Shown here one piece after another: positions 10,407 to 20,056 of a stretch of DNA of 45,498 nt. Where the stretch lies: IMG/VR virus record IMGVR_UViG_2711768044_000004, one strand, 5' to 3'. The position numbers and the translations under genes are program-made. A model generated the notes under the pieces. That model was given only the letters and a program-made list of their open reading frames with translations, was not told where the DNA came from and did no database searches. Origin of the DNA: a virus (Duplodnaviria; Heunggongvirae; Uroviricota; Caudoviricetes). Each line of letters opens with the position of its first letter. Positions within the stretch are counted from its first letter, which is position 1.

Positions 10407-13024
10407 CGCCCACCTCCGGAGAACATACCGCCATCACGCATCTGTGCCTGGATCTCATCACGGGCTCCCTTACGGGCCATGTCATAAACCAGCACCAGTG
10501 CCTGCGGACCGATACTGCCGTTCGTGGCATCATTCTGAATCACCACGTTGTTGTTCTGATTAAAATTAATGCCGTCTGTCTGCTGCATCTGCGCCTGACT
10601 TCCGGCACCACCGACATAACCGCCATCCGCATAGCCCCGCATCAGGCGGTACAGGTTGCCGACACCAATCCGGCTGGTTGCCTCCTTCGTGAACACGAAC
10701 TCACCACGGTGAACAATCCCCGCCGGCTCATATTTGCCTCCGGTTCCCGTAAATCCTCCGGTTGCAAAATGGAAGTTCGCCGCCGCAGCCTGAATGGCAG
10801 TCCCGGAAGAAGCGGACGCCACCCCACCAATGGCTCCCCCGATGGCGCTTCCGATACTCCCGACAATCCCCACCATGGCCTGCTTAAGCAGAATTTCCGT
10901 CATCATGGACAGCACCGAACGGGTAAAGCTGCGCCAGTTCTGCTCACTGCCGGTCAGCATTGCCGCCATATTCTGTGCAATACCATCAAAGGTCTGCGTT
11001 GCAGCACTTTTCACCTGCGAAAAACTGTCCATCGCACTTTCAGCCCACTGGCTCCAGCCAGATTTAAGTCCTGACATCCAGCTGCCACTCAGCTGGTCTT
11101 CAGCAGCCCATGTCTGTTTCAGCGCACCGGTTGCCTTCGCCAGCGCCTGCGGATTGTCGCCATACACCTCACGCAACCGCTGTTCTTCCGACTCCCGCTG
11201 TGCCTGCCGATCTGTCAGCCCACGGGCTTTTGCACTGATGGCAGCCTGTTTTGCACTCTGCTGCTGTGCAAATTTCTCCGCCTGATCCGCCAGCTCATTC
11301 AGGCGTTTCTGGTATTCAACCTTGTCACCCAGGTCTGCCAGCTGGCGTTTGTATTCCAGCGTTTCGTCTTTATGCGCCAGCAGGGATTTCTCCTGCACGG
11401 ACAGCTGGCGACGTTGTGCCGCCTCCGCCAGCACCGCGTACTGACTTTCCGCCTTCCACAGCTCCCGCCGCTGCTGGCTGATTTTCTCATTCGCCCCGGC
11501 ATGCGCCTGGAGTGTCCGGAGTTCAGTCTGTAGCGCCAGCAGTTCTGTACGGGAGTTGTCCTCCTGACGGTCACCCGCAGACACTTTCACGCCTGACCGT
11601 TTCGGCTTTTTCAGCGTCGATTCATAGTCCTTTTTCGCCGACGCCATCAGAGTGTTGTAATCCGCCTGCAGGATTTTTCCGTCTTTCAGTGCCTTATTCA
11701 GTTCCTTCTGGCGGGCGGTATATTTATCCAGCGGCGTCTGCAGGCGTTCATATGCCTTCTGCGCCTCTTCGGTGTACTTCAGCCGTGAGGCCTCTGATTC
11801 AGCCCGATCCCGTGCCGCCATTTCGCTGGCTTTTTCCAGGTCTGCCTGCAGTGTCGCCGCTGAAAGACCGAGGCGGGCGTTTTCGCGGTCATCCCATGCG
11901 CCCTGAAGATTGGCACGGAAGGAGGATGTTTTTCCGCGACGGTGGCTGCGACTCTGATACCACTGCCATTTTTTATCCGCCTCATCGAATGCCTGCTGTG
12001 CCTTATTCAGCATTTCTGCAGATGACTCAGGACGCCCGATATCCAGCACTGCATCCCACATGGATTTAAACGCACTGCCAACCTTATCCGCCCAGGTCTC
12101 CAGCGTTCCCATGTTCGCTTTCAGGCGGCGGGTCTGCTCATCAAACCCTTTTGTGGCGGCCTCGTTTGCGGCCTGCAATGCCCCGGCCTCATCACCGGAA
12201 CGCTGCAGTTGCGCAACATACGCAATCTGCTCCGCCGTCACGTTATGGAACTGGCGCGCCATCGCCGTCAGCCCCGACGTCGGGTCGGTGGTCAGTTTTC
12301 CGAAAGCCTCTGCAACCTTGTCCACTTCCACACCGGATGCAGAAGCAAAACGCGCCACACTCTGATTAATGGCATCAAACTGTTCACCACCACGCACACC
12401 GGCACTGACCAGGGCTGCCAGTGACTCACTCGCCTGATTAAACGTCAGCCCTGCGGCCTGTCCGGCTCTGGAGAGAGTCAGCATGCGATCGGCAGTCAGT
12501 CCGGACTGATTACCGGAAAGAACCAGGGTTTTATTAAACGCTGAAAGCGTGGAATCCCCCTGGTACCAGGCGTACGCCAGCGCACCTGTTGCCGCAACCA
12601 GTGATGTGATCCCGACCATCGGCAACGTTACAGCACCGGCAAGGCTCCGGAACATGGGGAGCATTCCGCCGAAGGAGTCCTTAATCTGCCCGCCCTGCTG
12701 CAACAGGATCAACCACGGACTCTGACCACCGGCAAGCTGAGTGGCAATATCCGTGAACTGGGCGGGCAGTGTCCGCATGGCAGCTTTATACTGCCCGATG
12801 GATATCCCCGCCTTCTGCGCGGCAACAGCCTGACGGCTCAGACTCTGTTCAATCACCTCTGCCGGTTTTTTTAAGGACTGGCTGACCTTTCCTGACATCG
12901 TGTCTGCCAGTGAACTGGTTTCGCCCAGCGATTTTTTCACCCTCCCCATTTCTTCAGAAAAACGGGTGGAATCCAGGGTAAGAATGGCTGTCAGATCTGC
13001 AAAGTTACCCGACATAGCGGACAC
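10403..13024 (-). CDS. H: Tail tape measure protein (gpH-like)
   Basis: 873 aa; Ala/Gln-rich coiled-coil-like central region and Gly-rich C-terminus; position between T and M. Confidence 0.9.
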   Translation of the reverse strand: MSAMSGNFADLTAILTLDSTRFSEEMGRVKKSLGETSSLADTMSGKVSQSLKKPAEVIEQSLSRQAVAAQKAGISIGQYKAAMRTLPAQFTDIATQLAGGQSPWLILLQQGGQIKDSFGGMLPMFRSLAGAVTLPMVGITSLVAATGALAYAWYQGDSTLSAFNKTLVLSGNQSGLTADRMLTLSRAGQAAGLTFNQASESLAALVSAGVRGGEQFDAINQSVARFASASGVEVDKVAEAFGKLTTDPTSGLTAMARQFHNVTAEQIAYVAQLQRSGDEAGALQAANEAATKGFDEQTRRLKANMGTLETWADKVGSAFKSMWDAVLDIGRPESSAEMLNKAQQAFDEADKKWQWYQSRSHRRGKTSSFRANLQGAWDDRENARLGLSAATLQADLEKASEMAARDRAESEASRLKYTEEAQKAYERLQTPLDKYTARQKELNKALKDGKILQADYNTLMASAKKDYESTLKKPKRSGVKVSAGDRQEDNSRTELLALQTELRTLQAHAGANEKISQQRRELWKAESQYAVLAEAAQRRQLSVQEKSLLAHKDETLEYKRQLADLGDKVEYQKRLNELADQAEKFAQQQSAKQAAISAKARGLTDRQAQRESEEQRLREVYGDNPQALAKATGALKQTWAAEDQLSGSWMSGLKSGWSQWAESAMDSFSQVKSAATQTFDGIAQNMAAMLTGSEQNWRSFTRSVLSMMTEILLKQAMVGIVGSIGSAIGGAIGGVASASSGTAIQAAAANFHFATGGFTGTGGKYEPAGIVHRGEFVFTKEATSRIGVGNLYRLMRGYADGGYVGGAGSQAQMQQTDGINFNQNNNVVIQNDATNGSIGPQALVLVYDMARKGARDEIQAQMRDGGMFSGGGR

Positions 13025-13837
13025 CTCCTGCGATACCTTCTGATACCGTCATCAGCATGGCGTCCTCTTCATGCCCGGATGGCGTCAGGCTGTCAGACGC
13101 CACCACCACACCATCCGGACCATAACGGACACCACCGGCAAGCCCTGTTGCCTTTTGCATCAGCGCATCATCATCCTCTTCTTCCCCTTTTTCCGGCTCA
13201 CGCAGGAGACTGAAATCAGACGGATGCATCTCCGGATCGGCAAAAAACAGGCTGAGGACGGCATACGTCATCCCGGCAAAATGCATGTCCAGCTGCGTAT
13301 CCTGAAAAAAATGCGTGCGGTAAAAATGACGCCAGTCGGCATATTCGGTTGATGACATTCCGGCAAGCATGGCGCGCCAGTCAGGACGCCCCATCTCGCG
13401 CGCCAGTTTCAGGGCGAAAATCAGCTCGCCTTCATACGCTTTTTTACCGTTACCGGTTCAGCCGGGTTTTTCTCCTGTTTCCCGGGCGGTTCATCCACAG
13501 GTGCAGACATACCGCTCAGTCTGGCCACCACATTTCTGCCTGCGGCAATGGCCTCCACAGGCCAGGTGGTCAGAACGTCCTGTATGATCCTGTCAGTCTC
13601 CTGACGCAGGGAGGGCAACGTGCCTTTCAGTTCATGGTTATGCCAGAGCGACATCGCAACCAGCAGGGCACCTTCCCGGATGAGATCATCAAGCGCCTGC
13701 TGCTCACTGACAGCCTCTCCCCGTTGTTCTTCCTTCTCCTTCACCCAGGCAAGATACTCAAGGCGCTGCAGGGCGGACAGTTCGCTGAGCGTGACAGTCT
13801 GCCCGTTATATTCAAACGGTTCATTTTTCAGAAACAT
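13005..13837 (-). CDS. Tail assembly chaperone G-T fusion produced by programmed -1 ribosomal frameshift
   Basis: The T reading frame (13005..13394) stays open upstream into the end of G; slippery heptamer A AAA AAG lies in the G frame a few codons before the G stop. Confidence 0.7.
13421..13837 (-). CDS. G: Tail assembly chaperone G
   Basis: 138 aa starting MFLKNEPFEYNGQTVTLSELSALQRLEYL..., close to lambda gpG. Confidence 0.85.
   Translation of the reverse strand: MFLKNEPFEYNGQTVTLSELSALQRLEYLAWVKEKEEQRGEAVSEQQALDDLIREGALLVAMSLWHNHELKGTLPSLRQETDRIIQDVLTTWPVEAIAAGRNVVARLSGMSAPVDEPPGKQEKNPAEPVTVKKRMKAS
13439..13445 (-). other. Slippery heptamer A AAA AAG for the G to G-T frameshift
   Basis: Read directly: plus strand cttttttt, i.e. 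AAAAAAG on the coding strand, in frame as gtA AAA AAG. Confidence 0.65.
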
Positions 13838-13855
13838 GAATTCACTCCGGGGAAA

Positions 13856-14614
13856 TTACGTGGTGGGTTGTGCTGCCGGGGTTATAACCGCTACGGTGGC
13901 CACTGCGGCGAAATCGCCGCCATTACTCATGACGGGAATAAGCGCAGTGCCTTTTGCCACCCCTTTCACCGTTATGATGCTGTCCTTCACGGTCGCTGTC
14001 GCCACATTGTTGTGGTCAGATGACACCCTGAAGGTTTTGTCCGATGCTGTATCAGGCTGAACGGCCACCGTCAGTTCCACCGTTTTCCCGACCTCAACAG
14101 AGGCCGTGGCCGGTGTGACGGAGATCCCCGTCACCGGCGTGATGGTGCCGCTGTCCTCCGCCAGCGACGGGCGTCCGATATTGGTGACTTTCACCGTACG
14201 GGTGATCACTTCCTTCGCCGTCACAGCCTTACCGATACTGCTGACCCAGCCACGGAACACATCGACCGTACCGTTCGGGAAGCGAATTTTATAGGCTCTG
14301 GAATCGCCCTCATCAAACCACCGTAACAGCGCCTGCTGACCGGCTTCGCCGGGCTTCCAGGCCAGGGTAAAACTGGTATCACCGGCTGATTTCTGTCCCT
14401 GTCCGGTGGATACCCAGTCAGCATCATCGTCGTCCAGGTAGTTATCGTCGTAGGACTCTGCCGTCATTTCTCCCGGTGTCAGATCCTTGATTTTCGCCAG
14501 TCGCGTCCAGTCATCATCAGAAAGCGGATTTGCATATGGGTCACCCTGCCCGGAATAAAGCCAGAGTGTGGTGCCTGAGCCTTTTACCGGCTCAAGAGGA
14601 TTAGGTGTTGGCAT
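13856..14614 (-). CDS. V: Major tail protein V with a C-terminal Ig-like (Big_2-type) domain
   Basis: 252 aa; position and N-terminal similarity to lambda gpV; C-terminal ~90 aa resemble an Ig-like domain. Confidence 0.85.
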   Translation of the reverse strand: MPTPNPLEPVKGSGTTLWLYSGQGDPYANPLSDDDWTRLAKIKDLTPGEMTAESYDDNYLDDDDADWVSTGQGQKSAGDTSFTLAWKPGEAGQQALLRWFDEGDSRAYKIRFPNGTVDVFRGWVSSIGKAVTAKEVITRTVKVTNIGRPSLAEDSGTITPVTGISVTPATASVEVGKTVELTVAVQPDTASDKTFRVSSDHNNVATATVKDSIITVKGVAKGTALIPVMSNGGDFAAVATVAVITPAAQPTT

Positions 14615-14621
14615 AGTGTCC

Positions 14622-15020
14622 TCACATTTCGTAGGTGATATTCCACCGGAGATCTGCCGATCCCCACATCATAAACTCATCATCGCGGCGGTAGTCGTAC
14701 CCCTGAAGGTTCATTTTCAGCAGTAATGCACCCAGACCGGGCACCCCATCCATCGCCGGAAAAATTTTTTCTTCCATCCATGTATCCAGTGCCGAGTCCG
14801 TCTCTTTCGCCCTGAGAAACACTTCGATATGCAGTACCGCCTCCCAGGTCTCCTCATCCACAAACTCGTCAGCCGCTGACGCATCAGTCAGGTAGACCGC
14901 CACTGCCGGAAGTTCCTGCTCGTCAATAAAAACAGGTCGCCCGTCAAACCAGGTCACCCGCTCAGCAATATTTGCTTTCAGGGCAGACAGTATCGCCGCC
15001 CGTATTTCCCTGTGTTTCAT
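14622..15020 (-). CDS. U: Tail terminator protein U
   Basis: 132 aa; size and position as lambda gpU. Confidence 0.8.
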   Translation of the reverse strand: MKHREIRAAILSALKANIAERVTWFDGRPVFIDEQELPAVAVYLTDASAADEFVDEETWEAVLHIEVFLRAKETDSALDTWMEEKIFPAMDGVPGLGALLLKMNLQGYDYRRDDEFMMWGSADLRWNITYEM

Positions 15021-15029
15021 TCCACCTCC

Positions 15030-15656
15030 TTACCGTTTTTGTTTCATAACAAGACGTAACTGATGTGTCATGGCTTTCATCATCTGTTCCGGTAATTTTT
15101 CCCGGTACATCCGGTCACGCTCCCGTTCAAAGGTTTCCGCCAGCGGTCCGGCCGTCGGTATTTTCACCACTTCAACCGGCAGACGATAACGCGCTGGCCT
15201 GCCCTTACGGTCAACACCGGTTGACGACGACGCCCACGGCATACGCTGCATCACATGCCACCGGCCATTTTCCAGCCGGGTAATAAAGGCATTCGGGATC
15301 CGCCGTTTCCCGACAATCAGCACGCTGCCACCACCTTTCGTGACCGATCGCTCGCCTTTCTTTCGCCGCTTTCTGCGGGAAATCCGCACGCTGGCCGTCC
15401 CCAGTTTTATGGCGGGCAGATTACCGGTGTTGATGATGACCTTCGCATAAACCCTGTCAGTGCTGGCCTGTTGCAGGCGGATACGCTCACGGATAAGACG
15501 GCGTGGGACCACCAGATCCCGGGCAACCGAAGAGGCCGTTTTCGCGATGATGGACTCCGCCACGCGGTTAAGCGTCGTGGCGGCAGCACGTGGAACGGCA
15601 AGGCGGTTAATCGCATCCAGATTTTTCATGGCCTGCGCCAGACCTTTTATCGCCAT
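15030..15656 (-). CDS. Z: Tail completion protein Z
   Basis: 208 aa; N-terminus MAIKGLAQAMKNL... and the RRKRRKKG region match my recollection of lambda gpZ. Confidence 0.85.
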   Translation of the reverse strand: MAIKGLAQAMKNLDAINRLAVPRAAATTLNRVAESIIAKTASSVARDLVVPRRLIRERIRLQQASTDRVYAKVIINTGNLPAIKLGTASVRISRRKRRKKGERSVTKGGGSVLIVGKRRIPNAFITRLENGRWHVMQRMPWASSSTGVDRKGRPARYRLPVEVVKIPTAGPLAETFERERDRMYREKLPEQMMKAMTHQLRLVMKQKR

Positions 15657-15658
15657 AC

Positions 15659-15940
15659 TTACTCCTGTTCGACAAAAATCCGGGGTTTACCGTTGTACGT
15701 GTCATAACGAGTCACCACCAGTGAGCGACCGTCAAACACAACCACATCATCGCGGGCAGGCCGGTACTGCGCTGAAAACACCACCAGTGACAACTGACTG
15801 CCGGAAAGCGCGCCCATATCCGCAGACTCATACTCCGGTATCACGTCATAACTGACGCCGTTAATCTCCGCCGTTTTCCCCATCATGCGCACTGTCGCCA
15901 TGTCCATCCGGCGGCACATCCGCGCAAGCCAGTCAGGCAT
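15659..15940 (-). CDS. Head-tail connector protein (gpFII-like), start taken at the internal ATG
   Basis: Position between head genes and Z; ATG overlaps the stop of the upstream gene (ATGCCTGA); weak sequence resemblance only. Confidence 0.5.
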   Translation of the reverse strand: MPDWLARMCRRMDMATVRMMGKTAEINGVSYDVIPEYESADMGALSGSQLSLVVFSAQYRPARDDVVVFDGRSLVVTRYDTYNGKPRIFVEQE

Positions 15941-16259
15941 TGATTTTGACCGCCACAGTGGTGCTGCCTGACGGTGCATGTTCCCATGCCATTCCCGCCG
16001 CCACTGCGCCGTCTGCGGCAGGCTGCACAGTCCCGTCCTTCAGATAAACCGCCACACCGGCCTGAATATCGTCGGCAGACTGTTTTGGCAGCAGGAACAC
16101 GCCTTCGGCGAACCCGTCACCGGTCTCCCCGGCAGGAATATCGGTAATGGCCACCGCCACCATGCTGCCGACCACCACTGCGGTACCGCTAAGAATGCTT
16201 TGATCCCCGGCATTCACCAGTTCAATGGTGGTGCCGTCCTGTACAAAATTTTTAGCCAT
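15933..16259 (-). CDS. Small Gly/Ala-rich head-associated protein (possible decoration or head-completion protein)
   Basis: 108 aa from the internal ATG, which has a GGAG ribosome-binding site; lies directly downstream of the capsid gene. Confidence 0.4.
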   Translation of the reverse strand: MAKNFVQDGTTIELVNAGDQSILSGTAVVVGSMVAVAITDIPAGETGDGFAEGVFLLPKQSADDIQAGVAVYLKDGTVQPAADGAVAAGMAWEHAPSGSTTVAVKINA

Positions 16260-16304
16260 AATGCTGTATCTCCGGACAGCCCCGACGGGGCTGTTTTCAG
16301 GCAT

Positions 16305-16323
16305 AAAAAAAGCCCTTTCGGGC
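16305..16323 (-). terminator. Short GC hairpin plus U7 immediately after the capsid gene
   Basis: Minus strand GCCC-GAAA-GGGC followed by UUUUUUU; a second stem-loop lies at about 16276..16294. Confidence 0.4.
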
Positions 16324-16345
16324 AGTGATAGAGACGCAGTGCTTA

Positions 16346-18325
16346 TCAGGCAGCGGCTGAACGTACCAGTCCGCGCCAGTCAAGCGGTGCCACACCGGCA
16401 TCGATACGGATTTTTGTGGCAATACCGTCAGTGGTGAAGCCTTCCTGCTGGTCAATGTATGGCGTGTCCACACCATCGAGCCAGGCCACTTCAATGGTGT
16501 CGGTCCCCTGTGCCGCAGCCAGGTACCAGGTTTTCGGATCTGCCGCATCAAGACGCGCTTCCGCAATCACTTCGGCAAAGTTCTGGATCGGGTTAATGAC
16601 ACCAGCGTTTGCATCCGCCCCTTTCACACTGGCCGATTTGATGGTCTGGTTTGCCACCGTCTCCAGCGCCACCGGTACCAGCATAAAGGCCGGGCGGATA
16701 TTCAGGACGCGATCGCCCTCTTTCTGCAGGCGCATCATCTGACGTGCCGCATCCAGACCGGAAACGGAAATCCCGCCCGTGGCAATATTCTTGTGATCGG
16801 CATGGAACAGCGCCTTACCGTCTGACAGTTTCGGGTTATCCGTTAACACCCTGTAGACCAGGTCACCAATCGTCGCTTTCGCGGCACGCCCCATCTTCAT
16901 CGGCACATCCACCAGCATATTCAGGTCATCATTGATAATGGCCTGACGGGTGATGGAGAAAATTTCCCCGTAGGTCGCCAGTGCAATGGTCTCCTTACGA
17001 TCTGAGGTGGTGATGTACTTGTACTCTGCCCCTTCCCGCACCTGACGCAGAGAGCCAAATCCCCCCATCCCCACACGGTATGCCGTTTTGAAGTCAGACA
17101 GGCGACCTTTGCGGGTCCATTTCTGGAAGGTTTCTTCTGATTCCTCCCAGCCCTGGATTAACCCCTTATTCGACACATCCAGCAGAATATTGCCAAAATC
17201 TGAGGTACTGTGCGTCAGCGCCAGCCCCACCATCTGCATGGGGTTATAACTGGCCACCCCGATCCCCCGCTCTGTCAGTGACATTCGGGCACATTCACGC
17301 AGGGTCATACCGTTATAGGCATTATCCTTCTCCGTAGTCTCAAATCCGGCGCGGGCCATCAGCGCCTGGCGGATCCCGTCTCCCACAAAATTGCCGTTTC
17401 CGGCATAAATATGGGCCGGTGTGGTTTTGTTGGTCGGCGAGGACTCCTTACCCATTTCATTCAGCAGACGTTCACGGGCCATTTCCAGCGAACAGTCAGG
17501 ATCGGCCACGCACTGTGCCTGAAGCGCCTGATAGCGACCGCCAAACATGGCGAACAGATCGTTAATGCCTGACATGCGGACTTTCTGCTCCGCCAGAACA
17601 CCGGCGCGAATGGTCGCTTCATCAGCCACTGCCGGTACCGGCGATGGTTCAGTTACCGCCGGTGCAGGGATTGTCACTGTGGTATCACGCGGGGCACTGT
17701 TGCGTGGCGGAGTAATCATGTTTCGGATGGATTCCGGCATCTTTTTAAATTCCTCTGTACGTTTTGACTGAATACATGCCATTGCCTTAACGGCTGGCGT
17801 CACCTGGTCAGCAAATCCGTGTGCCAGACACTCGGCACCTGACATCCAGGTCTCATCCGCCAGCATGGCGGCAATTTCATCGGTGGTTTTTCCTGTTTTT
17901 TGCGCATAGGCTGGCAACAGTACCGATTCGACTTTATCCAGCAGATCGGCATAACTGCGCATATCCTCAGCATCCCCCCCACTGAAGCCCCATGGCTTAT
18001 GGATCATCATGAAAGCATTTTCCGGCATAATGACCGTATCACCGGCCATTGCAATCACGGATGCCATCGATGCGGCAACGCCATCCACATACACGGTAAT
18101 GGTCGCCCCCTGATTTTTCAGGGCATTAAAAATGGCGATGCCTTCAAAGACATCGCCACCCGGTGAGTTGATATGGAGATTAATGTGGGTGATATCACCC
18201 AGAGCATTCAGATCGCAGACAAACTGCTTCGCGGTAACTCCCCAGAAACCAATCTCGTCATAAATATAAATATCCGCGTCACCCGGCCCCCCAGCCTGCA
18301 TTCTGAACCAGGATTTATTCTTCAT
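16346..18325 (-). CDS. Prohead protease (ClpP/S14-like) fused to an HK97-fold major capsid protein
   Basis: N-terminal ~230 aa resemble ClpP-like serine proteases (GDITHINLHINSPGGDV..., MIHKPWGFSGG); C-terminal ~350 aa resemble HK97-type capsid proteins; start placed at MKNKSW, overlapping the portal stop by 11 nt. Confidence 0.75.
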   Translation of the reverse strand: MKNKSWFRMQAGGPGDADIYIYDEIGFWGVTAKQFVCDLNALGDITHINLHINSPGGDVFEGIAIFNALKNQGATITVYVDGVAASMASVIAMAGDTVIMPENAFMMIHKPWGFSGGDAEDMRSYADLLDKVESVLLPAYAQKTGKTTDEIAAMLADETWMSGAECLAHGFADQVTPAVKAMACIQSKRTEEFKKMPESIRNMITPPRNSAPRDTTVTIPAPAVTEPSPVPAVADEATIRAGVLAEQKVRMSGINDLFAMFGGRYQALQAQCVADPDCSLEMARERLLNEMGKESSPTNKTTPAHIYAGNGNFVGDGIRQALMARAGFETTEKDNAYNGMTLRECARMSLTERGIGVASYNPMQMVGLALTHSTSDFGNILLDVSNKGLIQGWEESEETFQKWTRKGRLSDFKTAYRVGMGGFGSLRQVREGAEYKYITTSDRKETIALATYGEIFSITRQAIINDDLNMLVDVPMKMGRAAKATIGDLVYRVLTDNPKLSDGKALFHADHKNIATGGISVSGLDAARQMMRLQKEGDRVLNIRPAFMLVPVALETVANQTIKSASVKGADANAGVINPIQNFAEVIAEARLDAADPKTWYLAAAQGTDTIEVAWLDGVDTPYIDQQEGFTTDGIATKIRIDAGVAPLDWRGLVRSAAA

Positions 18326-19820
18326 GCTGGCTTTCGGTGTCGCGCTGATGCTGTCGTTCAGTTCCGGCACTGTTGCCTCCTTTGTCGTTGACGGGGTCAG
18401 TATCAAAGACCAGCCCCAGTCTGCTGTTTTCATCAATTTCAGCCTTGCGGCGACGTTTAACCTCATCCGGATGACGTCCACCGGCACGTACCCAGTCGGA
18501 TTCCGTCGCGGCACCACCCCGGATCTGTATCCGCCAGGCTTCAGCCTCCTTAACGGGATCTATCCACGGCATCACCGGCCCGGAATATGTCGCGTTATAT
18601 AACGTCTTCATATCCAGGCCAGACGGGATTTTCAGCAGACCGGCAGCAACCACCATATTCAGCCATGCCCGGTACACCGGGCGGGTTACCGCGCCAATAA
18701 AGCAGTCCTGCAGGATAAGGTAACCGTCGGTGGACTCAACCAGCTCCTGCCGCTGTGAACTGTAGGTGCCGTTGTAGTTGCGTGCGGTACTGGAAAAGCT
18801 AAGACGACTGCCTGCAGCCACCGCACGCAACTGACCATTACGAAAATTTTCAAGATTGGGATTAGGACGGTCGGATTTGACCATGCCGATATCCTCACCC
18901 TTGCGCAAATCGTCATAGATAATGCCCGGGGTGATATGCACTTCACGCTCTTCTTTTTTATCTGCTCCCTGATCGTCGTAATCCTGTCCATCCCCCTTAC
19001 GGATATACAGCCCCAGCGCCGCAGCAATACGCGCCGCTGTCAGTTCGGCATCTTCATATTCCTTAAGCGCACTGATACGCACCATCACACCAGACAACAT
19101 GGACGCACCACGCGTCTGGTGCAGGCGGCGGGTGAATTTCAGATGGACCATTTTGTCTGCGGCGATTTCTTTGGTATCACTCTGTATCCCGGAAACCGGA
19201 TAATTTTTGTAAACCAGATATTTTTTCGGCCTGCCCCACTCATCCAGAAAAACGCCCTGATTCAGTCCGGAAGACTCATCACTGCGCATGGGTACAAAAT
19301 CCGGCTCCATCGCCTCAAGCCAGAAAGGCACACCGGCAGACCGCTTAAGACCGTTTGCCGCACCACTGACCATCTGCGCAAACACTTCCCCGTCACGCAA
19401 CCAGGTACGCAGCAACAGACGCTCCAGCATGGGGCGGGTGTACTGTCCTGTCACATCCGGACTGACAGACCATTCCGCCCACAGCCGTCGGATATCCACT
19501 GCCAGCTCCGCCGCAATCTTCCCGTTTTTCAGTACCGGATGAGGCTCAACGGTGATCCCCTTAGCACCAATCACCCTCTCCTCCAGCTTGTCAAACACGC
19601 CTATCACCAGGTCATGATTGATATCCAGAAAGCGGGCCTGCTCCCGAAGGGAAACCGCACCGTATTTACTGAGCTGATCGGCAGAACGGTTTTCCCGGCG
19701 TGCTTTATGCGTCCTGGTGGGTTTCACGGCCTCATAGGCCATAATTAACGCCCTTGAGCGTAATCGCGCTGCTTTCCAGCCGGGCGAGAAAAAACCAATC
19801 ACATCATCGCTAATCGCCAT
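18315..19820 (-). CDS. Portal protein
   Basis: 501 aa; position between gpW-like gene and the protease-capsid gene; acidic C-terminus. Confidence 0.85.
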   Translation of the reverse strand: MAISDDVIGFFSPGWKAARLRSRALIMAYEAVKPTRTHKARRENRSADQLSKYGAVSLREQARFLDINHDLVIGVFDKLEERVIGAKGITVEPHPVLKNGKIAAELAVDIRRLWAEWSVSPDVTGQYTRPMLERLLLRTWLRDGEVFAQMVSGAANGLKRSAGVPFWLEAMEPDFVPMRSDESSGLNQGVFLDEWGRPKKYLVYKNYPVSGIQSDTKEIAADKMVHLKFTRRLHQTRGASMLSGVMVRISALKEYEDAELTAARIAAALGLYIRKGDGQDYDDQGADKKEEREVHITPGIIYDDLRKGEDIGMVKSDRPNPNLENFRNGQLRAVAAGSRLSFSSTARNYNGTYSSQRQELVESTDGYLILQDCFIGAVTRPVYRAWLNMVVAAGLLKIPSGLDMKTLYNATYSGPVMPWIDPVKEAEAWRIQIRGGAATESDWVRAGGRHPDEVKRRRKAEIDENSRLGLVFDTDPVNDKGGNSAGTERQHQRDTESQHEE

Positions 19821-20056
19821 CAGAACCTCGCCAGTTTAAACCCGGGCTCCCCGCGTCTGCGGTTCACCATCGCCGTAAGTCTTCGCTCCCACTCCTGACG
19901 ACCGGCGCGGATCTGTGACAGACTTTCCAGCGTCAGTTGTTGCCCGTTAAACGTGACAGATTTTCCCTCCAGTACCGCCATTTCCGCATCGCGATACCGC
20001 TGTATCATGTTCCTGACATCATCAATACTCACAACCAGCCTCCTGATGTTACCCAC
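19820..20056 (-). CDS. Head-tail joining protein (gpW-like)
   Basis: 78 aa; position between terminase large subunit and portal. Confidence 0.6.
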   Translation of the reverse strand: MGNIRRLVVSIDDVRNMIQRYRDAEMAVLEGKSVTFNGQQLTLESLSQIRAGRQEWERRLTAMVNRRRGEPGFKLARF

